This document shows, piece after piece, positions 10,647-19,708 of a DNA stretch of 48,753 nt. Source of the DNA: Chthoniobacter sp. (GTDB lineage: Bacteria; Verrucomicrobiota; Verrucomicrobiia; Chthoniobacterales; Chthoniobacteraceae). Below the pieces are notes generated by a model that worked only from the letters and a program-made list of their open reading frames with translations, had not been told where the DNA came from and searched no databases. The DNA lies in the NCBI GenBank assembly GCA_031411535.1, contig JANOBH010000021.1, positions 1 through 48,753 of the forward strand, written 5' to 3'. A program made the position numbers and the translations under genes. Numbering within the stretch: the first letter of the stretch is position 1; each line of letters starts with the position of its first letter.

Positions 10647-10740
10647 TGACGAATGCCGGATGACGGAAGAAACCGGAATGAAAAACCGCCCGCCGTGCGC
10701 CGTGCCCCGCCGACCTCGGCATCCGTCGTCCGGCATTCGC
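10647..10740. repeat. Heptamer inverted arms (TGACGAA/TGCCGGA family)
   Basis: tgacgaa-tgccgga-tgacgga ... gcatccg-tcgtccg-gcattcg; same unit family as 23777-23929. Confidence 0.7.
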
Positions 10741-11612
10741 CCCCGCTCCTCCGGGAACTGCGCTTCCTGGTCAAAGTCTCGCGGCCAGGTTTCTGGCTGA
10801 CCTCGGTCTGGTTCTATCTGCTGCCGCTCGGGCAGCGCGAGGTCTTCGGCAGCGGCGCGTTCCTGCTCGGCCTTTTCTTCGTCACGTTTCCGCTCGGCAT
10901 GCTCATCTACGGCTGGAATGACCTCGTCGATTTTGAAACCGACCGGCTCAATCCGCGCAAAGACACCTTCCTCTTCGGCGCCCGCCCCACGCCCGAGCAG
11001 ATGCGGCGGCTGCCACTGGCCATCGCGCTCGTCCAGTTGCCGTTTGCCGCCGCGTTCGTCTGGATCGTCGGGTGGCAGGCGCTCGGCTGGTTTGCAGCGC
11101 TCAGCGCGGCCACGGCGCTCTACAATGGCCCCGGCATCGGCTTCAAGGGCCGGCCGGGCCTCGATCTGCTGAACCAGGTCGGCTACCTCCTAGTCTTCGT
11201 CCTCAGCAGCTGGCTTTGCCGCGTCCCGCAACTGCCGTGGTTCACCTTCGTGTTCGGCGCGCTCTTTGCCATGCACTCCCATCTTTTTGGCGAAATCATG
11301 GACGCCGGGCCCGATCGCGCGGCCGGGCGCCGGACCACGGCCGTGGCCATCGGCATCCTGCCTTCCAAGGCGCTGCTCATCGCGCTGCTGCTGGCCGAGG
11401 CGGCTCTGGTGTGGCAGTGCGCGCGTGACCCGTGGATCGCCGCCGCGCTCCTGGTCGGCGCGTGCTTTTTCACCGCGGACGCCCTCGTCCTCTGGCGCGA
11501 ACGCCCCTACGCCCCGTGGCAGATGCGCCTTTTTTTCCTCGGGTGGAACGCCGCCGCCGCCCTCAGCATCCCGTGGGTCTGGAAAACGGCGACTCTCTCC
11601 GGGGTGCGCTGA
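10653..11612 (+). CDS. UbiA-family prenyltransferase (start uncertain)
   Basis: SRPGFW, YGWNDLVDFETDRLNPRK (NDxxDxxxD), EIMDAGPDRAAGRRTTA; multiple TM helices. Confidence 0.88.
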   Translation: MPDDGRNRNEKPPAVRRAPPTSASVVRHSPPLLRELRFLVKVSRPGFWLTSVWFYLLPLGQREVFGSGAFLLGLFFVTFPLGMLIYGWNDLVDFETDRLNPRKDTFLFGARPTPEQMRRLPLAIALVQLPFAAAFVWIVGWQALGWFAALSAATALYNGPGIGFKGRPGLDLLNQVGYLLVFVLSSWLCRVPQLPWFTFVFGALFAMHSHLFGEIMDAGPDRAAGRRTTAVAIGILPSKALLIALLLAEAALVWQCARDPWIAAALLVGACFFTADALVLWRERPYAPWQMRLFFLGWNAAAALSIPWVWKTATLSGVR

Positions 11613-11703
11613 TATTCGGAAAATTCCCATTGCACTCGCTCGGAAACCCCATTACTCCTTCCGCCCATTTTTTACCGCCAAGAACCACGCCTGCATACCC
11701 TTT

Positions 11704-12429
11704 ATGTCCACTGAACTGATGACGGAACTTCTCGAGGCTGGTGTCCACTTCGGCCACCAGACCAAACGCTGGAACCCGAAGATGAAGCCGTTCATTTTCG
11801 AGAAGCGCAACGCCATCTACATCATCAATCTCGGCAAGACCGTCGAGCAGCTCGATGACGCGACGAAGTTCCTGAGCGAGGTCGCCGGCCGCCGCGGCAA
11901 GGTGCTCTTTGTCGGCTGCAAGAAGCAGGCGCAGGAGGCGATCAAGGAAGCCGCGCTCGCGTGCGGACAGTTTTACGTGAACCAGCGCTGGCTCGGCGGC
12001 ACGCTCACCAACCTCGCGACCATCCGCAAGAGCATCGCGCGGATGAAGTATATCGAGAACCTCGACAAGCAGCCCGAGTATTCAAAGATGGGCAAGCAGG
12101 AGATTTCCGCGATCCGGCGCGAGGGCGAGAAGCTCAAGCGCAACCTCGAAGGCATCCGTGACATGGAGAAATTTCCCGACGCCATCGTCATCATCGACAC
12201 GATGCGCGAAAGCATCGCCGTCGCCGAGGCCAACCGCCTCAAGATCCCGGTCGTCGCCATCGTCGATACGAACGCCGACCCCGACCTGATCAAGTATCCC
12301 ATCGCCGGAAACGACGACGCCATCCGCGCCATCCGCATCGTCCTCCAGAAGCTCGTGGACGCCATCGTCTCGACGAACACCGGCCGCTCGAAGAAAGACC
12401 AGGAAGCTCTCGCTGGCGTCAGCGAATAA
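11704..12429 (+). CDS. rpsB: 30S ribosomal protein S2
   Basis: LLEAGVHFGHQTKRWNPKM, RWLGGTLTN, IVDTNADPD, GNDDAIRA. Confidence 0.98.
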   Translation: MSTELMTELLEAGVHFGHQTKRWNPKMKPFIFEKRNAIYIINLGKTVEQLDDATKFLSEVAGRRGKVLFVGCKKQAQEAIKEAALACGQFYVNQRWLGGTLTNLATIRKSIARMKYIENLDKQPEYSKMGKQEISAIRREGEKLKRNLEGIRDMEKFPDAIVIIDTMRESIAVAEANRLKIPVVAIVDTNADPDLIKYPIAGNDDAIRAIRIVLQKLVDAIVSTNTGRSKKDQEALAGVSE

Positions 12430-12457
12430 CCCGGCCGTCTCGGCACACCCCTTTCGG

Positions 12458-12486
12458 AGAGACGAGGGCCCAGCGCTCTCGTCTCT
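12458..12486 (+). terminator. Hairpin between rpsB and tsf (possible attenuator or processing site)
   Basis: AGAGACGAGGGC-loop-GCTCTCGTCTCT, 12-bp stem with one G-U; weak U-tract. Confidence 0.45.
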
Positions 12487-12519
12487 TCGCATTTTCAACC
12501 TAGCCATCCTAACATCCCT

Positions 12520-13371
12520 ATGAGCACAGCCACCGTCATCGACGCACAACTCGTCAAGACCCTCCGCGAAAAAACCAACGCAGGACTGATGGAATGCAAG
12601 CGCGCCCTCACCGAAACCGGCGGCGATCTCGAGGCCGCCATCGACGTGCTCCGCGCGAAAGGTGCGGCCAGCGCAGCGAAGAAGGCCGACCGTGAAGCGA
12701 AGGACGGCGTCATCGCCCAAGCGATCCTGCCCGGCGCGAAAGTCGGCGTGCTCGTCGAGGTGAATTGCGAGACGGATTTCGTCGCAAAGAACGACAGCTT
12801 CCGCGCCTTCACGGACGACATCGCCCGCAAGATTGCCTCGAACCCCGACGTCGACCTCGAGAGCGAACGCGTCGCCGCCGTGCAGAAGATCGGCGAAAAC
12901 GTCCGCATCCGCCGCAGCGCCCGAGTGGAAGTGACCGGCCACGGCTCGCTCGCCGCCTACATCCACACCGGCTCCAAAGTCGGCGTGCTCGTCGAGGTCG
13001 GCTCGGAAAAGGACGGCACCGCGAACACGGAGGAATTCAAGCAGCTCGTCCGCGACATCACCTTGCAAATCGCCGCCGCCAATCCGGTCTGCGTTGACCG
13101 CTCCCAGGTTCCCGCCGCCCTCGCCGAGCGCGAGCGCGCGATCTACCGCGAGCAGGTGCCGCCCGGCAAAACACCGGAGATGGTCGAAAAAATCGTCGAA
13201 GGGAAAATGATCAAATTTTACAGCGGCGCGTGCCTCGTCGATCAGGCGTTCATCAAGAACCCCGACCAGACCATCGCCCAACTCATCGCCGCGAAGAGCA
13301 AGGAAATCGGCGACAACCTCGTGATCCGCCGTTTCCTCCGCTACATGGTCGGCGAGGAAATCGCGGCCTAA
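12520..13371 (+). CDS. tsf: Elongation factor Ts
   Basis: LVKTLREKTNAGLMECKRAL, EVNCETDFVAKN; follows rpsB. Confidence 0.98.
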   Translation: MSTATVIDAQLVKTLREKTNAGLMECKRALTETGGDLEAAIDVLRAKGAASAAKKADREAKDGVIAQAILPGAKVGVLVEVNCETDFVAKNDSFRAFTDDIARKIASNPDVDLESERVAAVQKIGENVRIRRSARVEVTGHGSLAAYIHTGSKVGVLVEVGSEKDGTANTEEFKQLVRDITLQIAAANPVCVDRSQVPAALAERERAIYREQVPPGKTPEMVEKIVEGKMIKFYSGACLVDQAFIKNPDQTIAQLIAAKSKEIGDNLVIRRFLRYMVGEEIAA

Positions 13372-13454
13372 GCGCCAGCGCGGGCGTGCGCCCTGCGATT
13401 CATTGATTGCGCCGATGCGCCCGGCGGCGTGCCGACAGGCGATTGCTTGACGAG

Positions 13455-15122
13455 ATGAAACCCCGCCGCGTCACCATCCTCCGCAAGGGACTGATGGTGC
13501 TCGCGCTCCCGCTGCTCTATCAGGCGCTCTTTATCGGGCTGCTCCTGAAGCGGCAGCACGACCACAATCAGGCGCAGCGATGGGCCGTGCACACGAAGGA
13601 CGTGCTCATTCAGACCGACACCATCCTCCGGCATGTGCTCATGTCGCAGAGCGATCTGCGCGGCTACATTCTCACCGGGCGCGAGGTCTTCGCGCAGGAA
13701 AGGACGGGCGCGGAAGAGGCCATCGCGTCCGAACTCCGGAAAATGGCGGAGTTGATTCAGCACAACCCCCGGCAGCAGGAGCGCTTTGCCGGGATCGCCG
13801 CGCTCGTGAATGCGCGGCTTGATTTTGAGCGCGGCGTCACCGCCCGGCTGCGCGAGGTCGGACAGCAGCAGGTGCTGGCGGAGAACCGGGACATGCCGGG
13901 CAAGGTTCTCACCGACCAGCTCTCGGCGAAGATCGAGGAATTCCGCGCAGCCGAGGAAAGTCTCGCCGCGGAGCACCTGAACCGGCTGGAACGCTCCAGC
14001 AGCGCGCAGAACTGGCTGCTCGTGGGCGGGCTCCTTTTCAATGTAGTCATCGGCGCACTCGCGGCGGCGATGTTCAGCCGCGAGATCGGCGCGCGCATCC
14101 AGTCCGTCGCCGGAAACACGCGCCGCATCACGCGCGGCGAGGAGCTTCCGCCCGTCGTGGCGGGGAGCGACGAGATCGCGGAACTGGACGCGAAACTGCA
14201 CCTCATGGCCGACGAGATCGCGGCGTCCCGGCGGCGGGAGCGCGTGTATCAGGAGACGCTTGAGCATCGCGCCGCCGACCTGGTCCGCGCGAACCTCGAC
14301 CTCGACCAGAAGAACCAGGAGATCGAGATGTTCGTCTATAGTGTCTCGCACGACCTGCGCTCGCCGCTGGTCAATCTGCAGGGCTTTTCCAAGGAACTCG
14401 GGCGTGCGCGGGAGGAACTGCACCGCCTGTTTGCAGACGACTTCGCCGCGCCGGCGCGCGAGCAGGCGAAGTCGCTCGTCGAGCGCGATGTCGCGGAGTC
14501 GGTCCGCTACATCCAGACAGCCGTCACGCGGCTTTCGGGCATCATCGACGCGCTCCTCCGCCTCTCCCGCGCCGGGCGGGTCGAGTATCACCCGAAGCTC
14601 GTCGAGCTCGCCCCGGTGGTGGCGCGGATCGTCGCGGCGATGCGCGGGAGCATCGTGAAATGCGGCGCGGAAATCACGATCCACCCGCTTCCCCAGGTCT
14701 GGGCCGATCCGACTGCCGCCGAGCAGATCTTTGCGAACCTCATCGGCAACGCCGTCAGCTACCTCGATCCGGCCCGGCCCGGCGTGATCGAGATCGGCAC
14801 CGTCGAGCGTCCGGTCGAGGGCATGGCCAGCCCGCGGACCGTCTATGTAAAGGACAACGGCCTCGGCATCGCGGCCGCGTATCTGCCGAAAGTTTTCGCC
14901 ATCTTCCAAAGGCTGCACGGCGACGCGGCGGTGGGGGAAGGCGTGGGCCTGGCGCTCGTGCGGCGCGTCGTCGAGCGGCACGGCGGGCGCGTGTGGGTCG
15001 AGTCGCAGGCAGGCGTGGGCTCGGTTTTTTATGTGGCGCTCCCCGGCAGCAGCGAGACGTCGCCGCTTGCGGGCGTTGCTCCGCGCAAGGAATCCATTAG
15101 CGTCGCCTCCCGACCCGCATGA
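13455..15122 (+). CDS. CHASE3/HAMP sensor histidine kinase
   Basis: Two TM helices around a CHASE3-like region (WAVHT...DLRGYILTG), HAMP (DEIAEL), H-box YSVSHDLRSPL, N-box NLIGNA, G1 DNGLGI, G2 GEGVGLA. Confidence 0.92.
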   Translation: MKPRRVTILRKGLMVLALPLLYQALFIGLLLKRQHDHNQAQRWAVHTKDVLIQTDTILRHVLMSQSDLRGYILTGREVFAQERTGAEEAIASELRKMAELIQHNPRQQERFAGIAALVNARLDFERGVTARLREVGQQQVLAENRDMPGKVLTDQLSAKIEEFRAAEESLAAEHLNRLERSSSAQNWLLVGGLLFNVVIGALAAAMFSREIGARIQSVAGNTRRITRGEELPPVVAGSDEIAELDAKLHLMADEIAASRRRERVYQETLEHRAADLVRANLDLDQKNQEIEMFVYSVSHDLRSPLVNLQGFSKELGRAREELHRLFADDFAAPAREQAKSLVERDVAESVRYIQTAVTRLSGIIDALLRLSRAGRVEYHPKLVELAPVVARIVAAMRGSIVKCGAEITIHPLPQVWADPTAAEQIFANLIGNAVSYLDPARPGVIEIGTVERPVEGMASPRTVYVKDNGLGIAAAYLPKVFAIFQRLHGDAAVGEGVGLALVRRVVERHGGRVWVESQAGVGSVFYVALPGSSETSPLAGVAPRKESISVASRPA

Positions 15123-15565
15123 CGACCGAGCCCATCACCATCCTGCTCGCCGAGGACGACGACGGACACGCGAGCCTTGTGGAGCGCAATCTGGAACGGG
15201 CCGGCGTGCTCAACGGCATCCTCCGCGTGCGCGACGGGCATGAGCTGCTCGAGTGCCTGCGCACGCGCGGCACCTCCCACGGGCACGCGCTGCACGAGGC
15301 CTTTGTCATCCTGCTCGACATCAATATGCCGCGCATCGACGGCATCGAGGCGCTCCGGCAGATCAAGGCGGACCCAGCGACGCGCCGCATCCCCGTCATC
15401 ATGCTCACCACCACGGATGACCCGCGCGAAATCGACCGCTGCTATGAACTGGGCTGCAATGTCTATGTCACCAAGCCGGTCGAGCAGGACGGCTTCCTCG
15501 ACGCGATCCGGCGTCTCGGGCTTTTCCTGCAGATCGTCCAGCGCCCGCGCAACGGGCTGGTCTAG
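15119..15565 (+). CDS. Single-domain response regulator (Rcp1/CheY-like)
   Basis: ILLAEDD, LLDINMPRIDG, IPVIMLTT, CYELGCNVYVTKP; ATGA-coupled to the kinase. Confidence 0.93.
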   Translation: MTTEPITILLAEDDDGHASLVERNLERAGVLNGILRVRDGHELLECLRTRGTSHGHALHEAFVILLDINMPRIDGIEALRQIKADPATRRIPVIMLTTTDDPREIDRCYELGCNVYVTKPVEQDGFLDAIRRLGLFLQIVQRPRNGLV

Positions 15566-15568
15566 GCC

Positions 15569-17155
15569 ATGAGCACGCCCGCAGCGCGCGGTACGGTGCT
15601 GGTGCTCGAGGACGAGCCCGGCATGGGCTTCCTCCAGCAGCGCAATCTGGAGCGGGCCGGCTACCAGGTGGAACTCGCGGCCGGCACCGAGGCCGCGCGC
15701 GCCGTGCTGGCCGCCGGGCGCATCGATCTCCTGGTGCTCGACTACCAGCTCAACGAGCCGGTCAACGGGATTCAGTTCTACCGCTCCCTGCAACGCGACG
15801 GGCGCGATCTGCCGGCCATTCTCGTCACTGGATTTGGCGACGAGGCGCGCATCCTCGAGGCGATGCGCGCCGGCGTGCGGGACTTCATCCTCAAAACGCC
15901 CAACTTCATCGATCTCGTCGCGCCGACCGTGGATCGTGTGATGCAGCAGGTCCGAGGCGAGCGGCTGCTTTTGGAGGTCGAGGCCGCCAGCCGGGCAAAG
16001 GATCACTTTCTCGCCACCCTGAGCCACGAGCTGCGCACGCCGCTCACACCCGTGCTCGCGCTCGTGTCCGCACTCCAGGCCGATGCGCGGCTGCCGCAGG
16101 ACGTGCAGGAGGACATCGCGACCATCGCCCGCAATATCGAGCTTGAGGCGCGGCTCATCGACGATTTGCTCGACATCACGCGCATCGTCCGCGGCAAGCT
16201 CGAACTGCGGCTGGAGGCCGTCGATATCCGCCCGATCATCGGGCACGCGGTGAAGACCTGCTGCGCGCATGAGGCGGCCGAGAAAATGATCACCTGCCAC
16301 GAGCAGCTCGGCGACGGCCCGCACGTCGCGCGCGTGGATGCCGCGCGGCTGACGCAGGTTTTTTGGAACGTCCTGAAAAACGCGATCAAATTCACGCCCG
16401 TCGGAGGGCAGACGTTTGTGCGGTCGCGGCGCGAAAGCGAGGGCGGGCACGCGTGGATCGCCGTCGAAATCGAGGACACGGGCATGGGCATCGCGCCGGA
16501 TCTGCTTCCACGGATCTTTGACGCGTTCGAGCAGGGCGAGCGCGTGATCACGCGGCAGTTCGGCGGACTGGGACTCGGACTGGCGATCAGCCGCGCGATC
16601 ATGGAGACGCACGGCGGGACCATCACCGCCCGGAGCGCAGGCCTGGGAAAAGGCGCGGTTTTCACCGTGCGCCTGCCTGCCGCCGCGGATGCGACTGCCG
16701 CGGTCGAGATGCCGCCCGTGCGGCGCCCGGCGCCGGCGCCGCAGCGATATGGACGCGGGCAGACCGCGCATCTGCTGCTTGTCGAAGACCACGCGGACAC
16801 GGCGGCAGTACTGGCCCGCATGCTGCGGCGCGCGGGCTTTCAGGTCACCGTCGCCACGACCGTCGCGCAGGCGCTCGCCGAGACGGAGGCCGCAGCCGGG
16901 GCCGTGGACGGGAGCGGGCGCCTCCGTCCCGTCCGGCTCGTCGTCAGCGACCTGGGCCTGCCCGACGGCAGCGGCACCGTGCTGATGAGGGAACTCGCGG
17001 AAAAGCGCGGCCTCACCGGCATCGCGCTGAGCGGCTTTGGCATGGAGGACGACGTGAGCCGCGCCCTCGACGCGGGATTCGCCCGGCACCTCACGAAACC
17101 GGTCGATTTTGAGGTCCTCATCGCCACCATCCGCGAGTTGCTCGCCCGCGGATAG
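15569..17155 (+). CDS. Hybrid histidine kinase (REC-HisKA-HATPase-REC)
   Basis: N-terminal REC, KDHFLATLSHELRTPL, NVLKNAIKFT, GGLGLGL, C-terminal REC (SDLGLPDGSG, HLTKPV). Confidence 0.93.
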   Translation: MSTPAARGTVLVLEDEPGMGFLQQRNLERAGYQVELAAGTEAARAVLAAGRIDLLVLDYQLNEPVNGIQFYRSLQRDGRDLPAILVTGFGDEARILEAMRAGVRDFILKTPNFIDLVAPTVDRVMQQVRGERLLLEVEAASRAKDHFLATLSHELRTPLTPVLALVSALQADARLPQDVQEDIATIARNIELEARLIDDLLDITRIVRGKLELRLEAVDIRPIIGHAVKTCCAHEAAEKMITCHEQLGDGPHVARVDAARLTQVFWNVLKNAIKFTPVGGQTFVRSRRESEGGHAWIAVEIEDTGMGIAPDLLPRIFDAFEQGERVITRQFGGLGLGLAISRAIMETHGGTITARSAGLGKGAVFTVRLPAAADATAAVEMPPVRRPAPAPQRYGRGQTAHLLLVEDHADTAAVLARMLRRAGFQVTVATTVAQALAETEAAAGAVDGSGRLRPVRLVVSDLGLPDGSGTVLMRELAEKRGLTGIALSGFGMEDDVSRALDAGFARHLTKPVDFEVLIATIRELLARG

Positions 17156-17224
17156 GCGCCCGCCGGATGCCCGGAGAAAGATTCCGTTGCGCGCCCCACG
17201 CCCGCCCGTACGTTCGATTCCGCC

Positions 17225-17749
17225 ATGCTTAACGACGACACGATCCAGTACGCGATCGACAACACCCAGGTAGTCGTCGCCCCGCAGCGGCGCATCGCGA
17301 CGTTCGGCGACACGAGCTTCCGCTTTTTCCTCGTCACCGAGCTCATGGACACCGCCGGCCAGGTGCGCGTGCGCGACGGGCGGCTCCACGCCGAGCGGCC
17401 GCAGATCGTCACGCCGGGGCAGATCCACCGCATGCTCCTCGAGGGATTCGGCGAGCGCGCAGAGGCTTTCGCCGACTGGCTGCGCGAGCATGCGCCGCAG
17501 CTCGCGGCGCTGAAATACGGCTTCCAGTTTCGCAAGACCGACGTCTCCGACAACGTGCTGCACGGCACGCTCGACGAGGTGCTCAGCCGCCTGCGCGAGG
17601 ACGTGGAGCGCTCCGAGGACCCGCTCAGCGCGGTCATTCACGGCGTGGACGAGGGATGGGAGATCTGCCTTTTGAAATTTGCCGCCGACATGATTCAGGA
17701 ATCCTCCGGGGGAAACTTCGGTGATTTCAAAAAGCGCGGGCTGCTTTGA
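17225..17749 (+). CDS. Conserved hypothetical protein
   Basis: 174 aa with host-like codon usage; no motif I can assign. Confidence 0.75.
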   Translation: MLNDDTIQYAIDNTQVVVAPQRRIATFGDTSFRFFLVTELMDTAGQVRVRDGRLHAERPQIVTPGQIHRMLLEGFGERAEAFADWLREHAPQLAALKYGFQFRKTDVSDNVLHGTLDEVLSRLREDVERSEDPLSAVIHGVDEGWEICLLKFAADMIQESSGGNFGDFKKRGLL

Positions 17750-17826
17750 CGGTGGGCCGCCGGGGCGTGAGCGGCAAGCCGGCGCGTTGACTCGATTTCC
17801 ACTTTCCCTTTCACTCGTTTTCGCCC

Positions 17827-18696
17827 GTGAAAGCCGTCTTCCTCATCGCCCTCGCCCTCGCCATTTTTGGCTCCGGCGCATATTTCACGTACGAGACGAT
17901 CATCCGCCCGAAGCAGGAACTGGCGGCCGAGAAGGATCTGCCGCCGCCGCCGCCGCCGCCCGATCCCACAGTGCCGGAGTTTGAAAGGGCCGAGGCGGTG
18001 CGCAAGACGGGCAAGCTGATCGAGGCGCGCGAGGCCCTCGCGGGTTTTGTCGAGCGCTACCCGGAATCGAGCAAGATCGACGAAGCCAAGAACCAGCTCG
18101 GCGACATCAACACCACGCTCTTTCTCTCCCCCCGGCCCGCGCAGGAGAAGCTGACCTACGTGGTGAAATCCGGGGACGTCATCACCCGCGTGGCCAAGAA
18201 AGTGGCGCTCTCTCCGGAACTGCTCATGCGGGCGAACAACCTGAAAACCGACAAGCTCCAGATCGGCCAGAAGCTCACCTACGCACCCGCGGATTTTTCA
18301 GTCGTCATCAGCCGCCGGACCGACCGCGTCACGCTGCTGAACAAGGGCCGCTTTTTCAAACACTACCCCATCCTCTCCTGGCCGCCGATTTACGCGAAAG
18401 CGCCGGGCACCGACGGGCGGAAACCGCCAGCGCTGCCGAAGCAGGCAGGCAAGGTGAAGGACCGGATCGCCTGGGTGGACGGCCAGCGGGCGTTCTTCAT
18501 CGACCCCGGATTTTGGAATGCGAAGTTTTGGATTGAGATCACCATCCGCGGCTGCACGCTCTACCCCGAGCCGGTCACCGGCGCCCCCGAGAAGCCAAAC
18601 TCGAAACCGCCGAACGGCGGCATCACCCTGGCACCCGCCGCGCTCGCCGAAATCGGCGTGCTCCTGAGCAATGGCGACGCCGTGACCCTCGAATAA
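17827..18696 (+). CDS. Membrane-anchored LysM protein with TPR-like helix pair and degenerate L,D-transpeptidase-like C-terminus
   Basis: N-terminal TM, poly-Pro, FVERYPESSKIDEAK, LysM YVVKSGDVI...LMRANNL...LQIGQKL, then SVVISRRTDRVTLLNKGRFFKHYPI as in YkuD folds. Confidence 0.8.
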   Translation: MKAVFLIALALAIFGSGAYFTYETIIRPKQELAAEKDLPPPPPPPDPTVPEFERAEAVRKTGKLIEAREALAGFVERYPESSKIDEAKNQLGDINTTLFLSPRPAQEKLTYVVKSGDVITRVAKKVALSPELLMRANNLKTDKLQIGQKLTYAPADFSVVISRRTDRVTLLNKGRFFKHYPILSWPPIYAKAPGTDGRKPPALPKQAGKVKDRIAWVDGQRAFFIDPGFWNAKFWIEITIRGCTLYPEPVTGAPEKPNSKPPNGGITLAPAALAEIGVLLSNGDAVTLE

Positions 18697-18703
18697 TATC
18701 CCC

Positions 18704-19666
18704 ATGAAACTTCAGCCCTTGGAATTTGAGAAACCCATCGTCGAGCTCGAGGAAAAGCTGGCAGATCTGAAACGGCACTCGCGGGCGAACGACATCAATT
18801 TCGACAGCGAGGTGCGCCGGATGGAGGGCAAGATCGAGGACACCAAGCGCGTCATTTACGAAAACCTGACCGCCTGGCAGCGCGTGCAGATCGCCCGGCA
18901 TAATGCGCGGCCCTTCGCGCTCGACTACATCCAACTTTCCTTCAGCGGCTTCGTCGAGTTGCACGGCGACCGGCTTTTTGCCGAAGACCGCGCCATGCCC
19001 GGCGGCTTCGCCACCATCGGTTCGCGGAAGTGCGTGGTCATCGGCCACCAGAAAGGCCGCGAGCTGAAGGAGAACATCAAACGCAACTTCGGCTGCGCCA
19101 ATCCCGAGGGCTACCGCAAGGCGCTGCGCCTCATGCGGCTCGCGGAAAAATTCAGCCTGCCCTTTGTCTCGCTCATCGACACGCCCGGCGCGTACCCCGG
19201 CCTCGGTTCCGAGGAGCGGCACATCTCCGAGGCCATCGCCGTGAATCTCCGCGAGATGATGATCCTGCGCACACCGACCGTCGCCGTGGTCATCGGCGAA
19301 GGCGGCAGTGGCGGCGCGCTCGGCATCGCCGTCGCCGACCGCGTGCTGATGATGGAAAACGCCTACTATTCCGTCATCTCGCCGGAGGGTTGCGCCGCCA
19401 TCCTCTGGAAACACCGCAAGCACGCCCCGGAGGCCGCCGCCGCCCTCAAGCTCACCGCACGCGACCTCCTCGAAATGCGGCTCATCGACGACATCATCCC
19501 CGAGCCGCTCGGCGGCGCCCACCAGAACCACGCCGCCGCCATCTCGAATCTCAAGCGCGCCGTCGGCCAGCAGCTCGACGAGCTTTCAAAGCTCCCCCAC
19601 GACGAACTCCTCGCCCAGCGCTACGCCAAATACCGCCGCGTCGGCGAATTCGCCGGAGACGCCTGA
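18704..19666 (+). CDS. accA: Acetyl-CoA carboxylase carboxyltransferase alpha subunit
   Basis: LEFEKPI, LHGDR, RNFG..NPEGYRKALRLM, IDTPGAYPG, GEGGSGGALG, YSVISPEGCAAILW. Confidence 0.97.
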   Translation: MKLQPLEFEKPIVELEEKLADLKRHSRANDINFDSEVRRMEGKIEDTKRVIYENLTAWQRVQIARHNARPFALDYIQLSFSGFVELHGDRLFAEDRAMPGGFATIGSRKCVVIGHQKGRELKENIKRNFGCANPEGYRKALRLMRLAEKFSLPFVSLIDTPGAYPGLGSEERHISEAIAVNLREMMILRTPTVAVVIGEGGSGGALGIAVADRVLMMENAYYSVISPEGCAAILWKHRKHAPEAAAALKLTARDLLEMRLIDDIIPEPLGGAHQNHAAAISNLKRAVGQQLDELSKLPHDELLAQRYAKYRRVGEFAGDA

Positions 19667-19708
19667 TCCTCCGGGCAGCGCTCGCAGAACCCTCTCCCGA
19701 TTATCCCC

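Noticed and set aside
17941-17961. (CCG)n microsatellite
   Set aside because: Encodes a poly-proline linker; a triplet unit cannot cause phase-variable frameshifts
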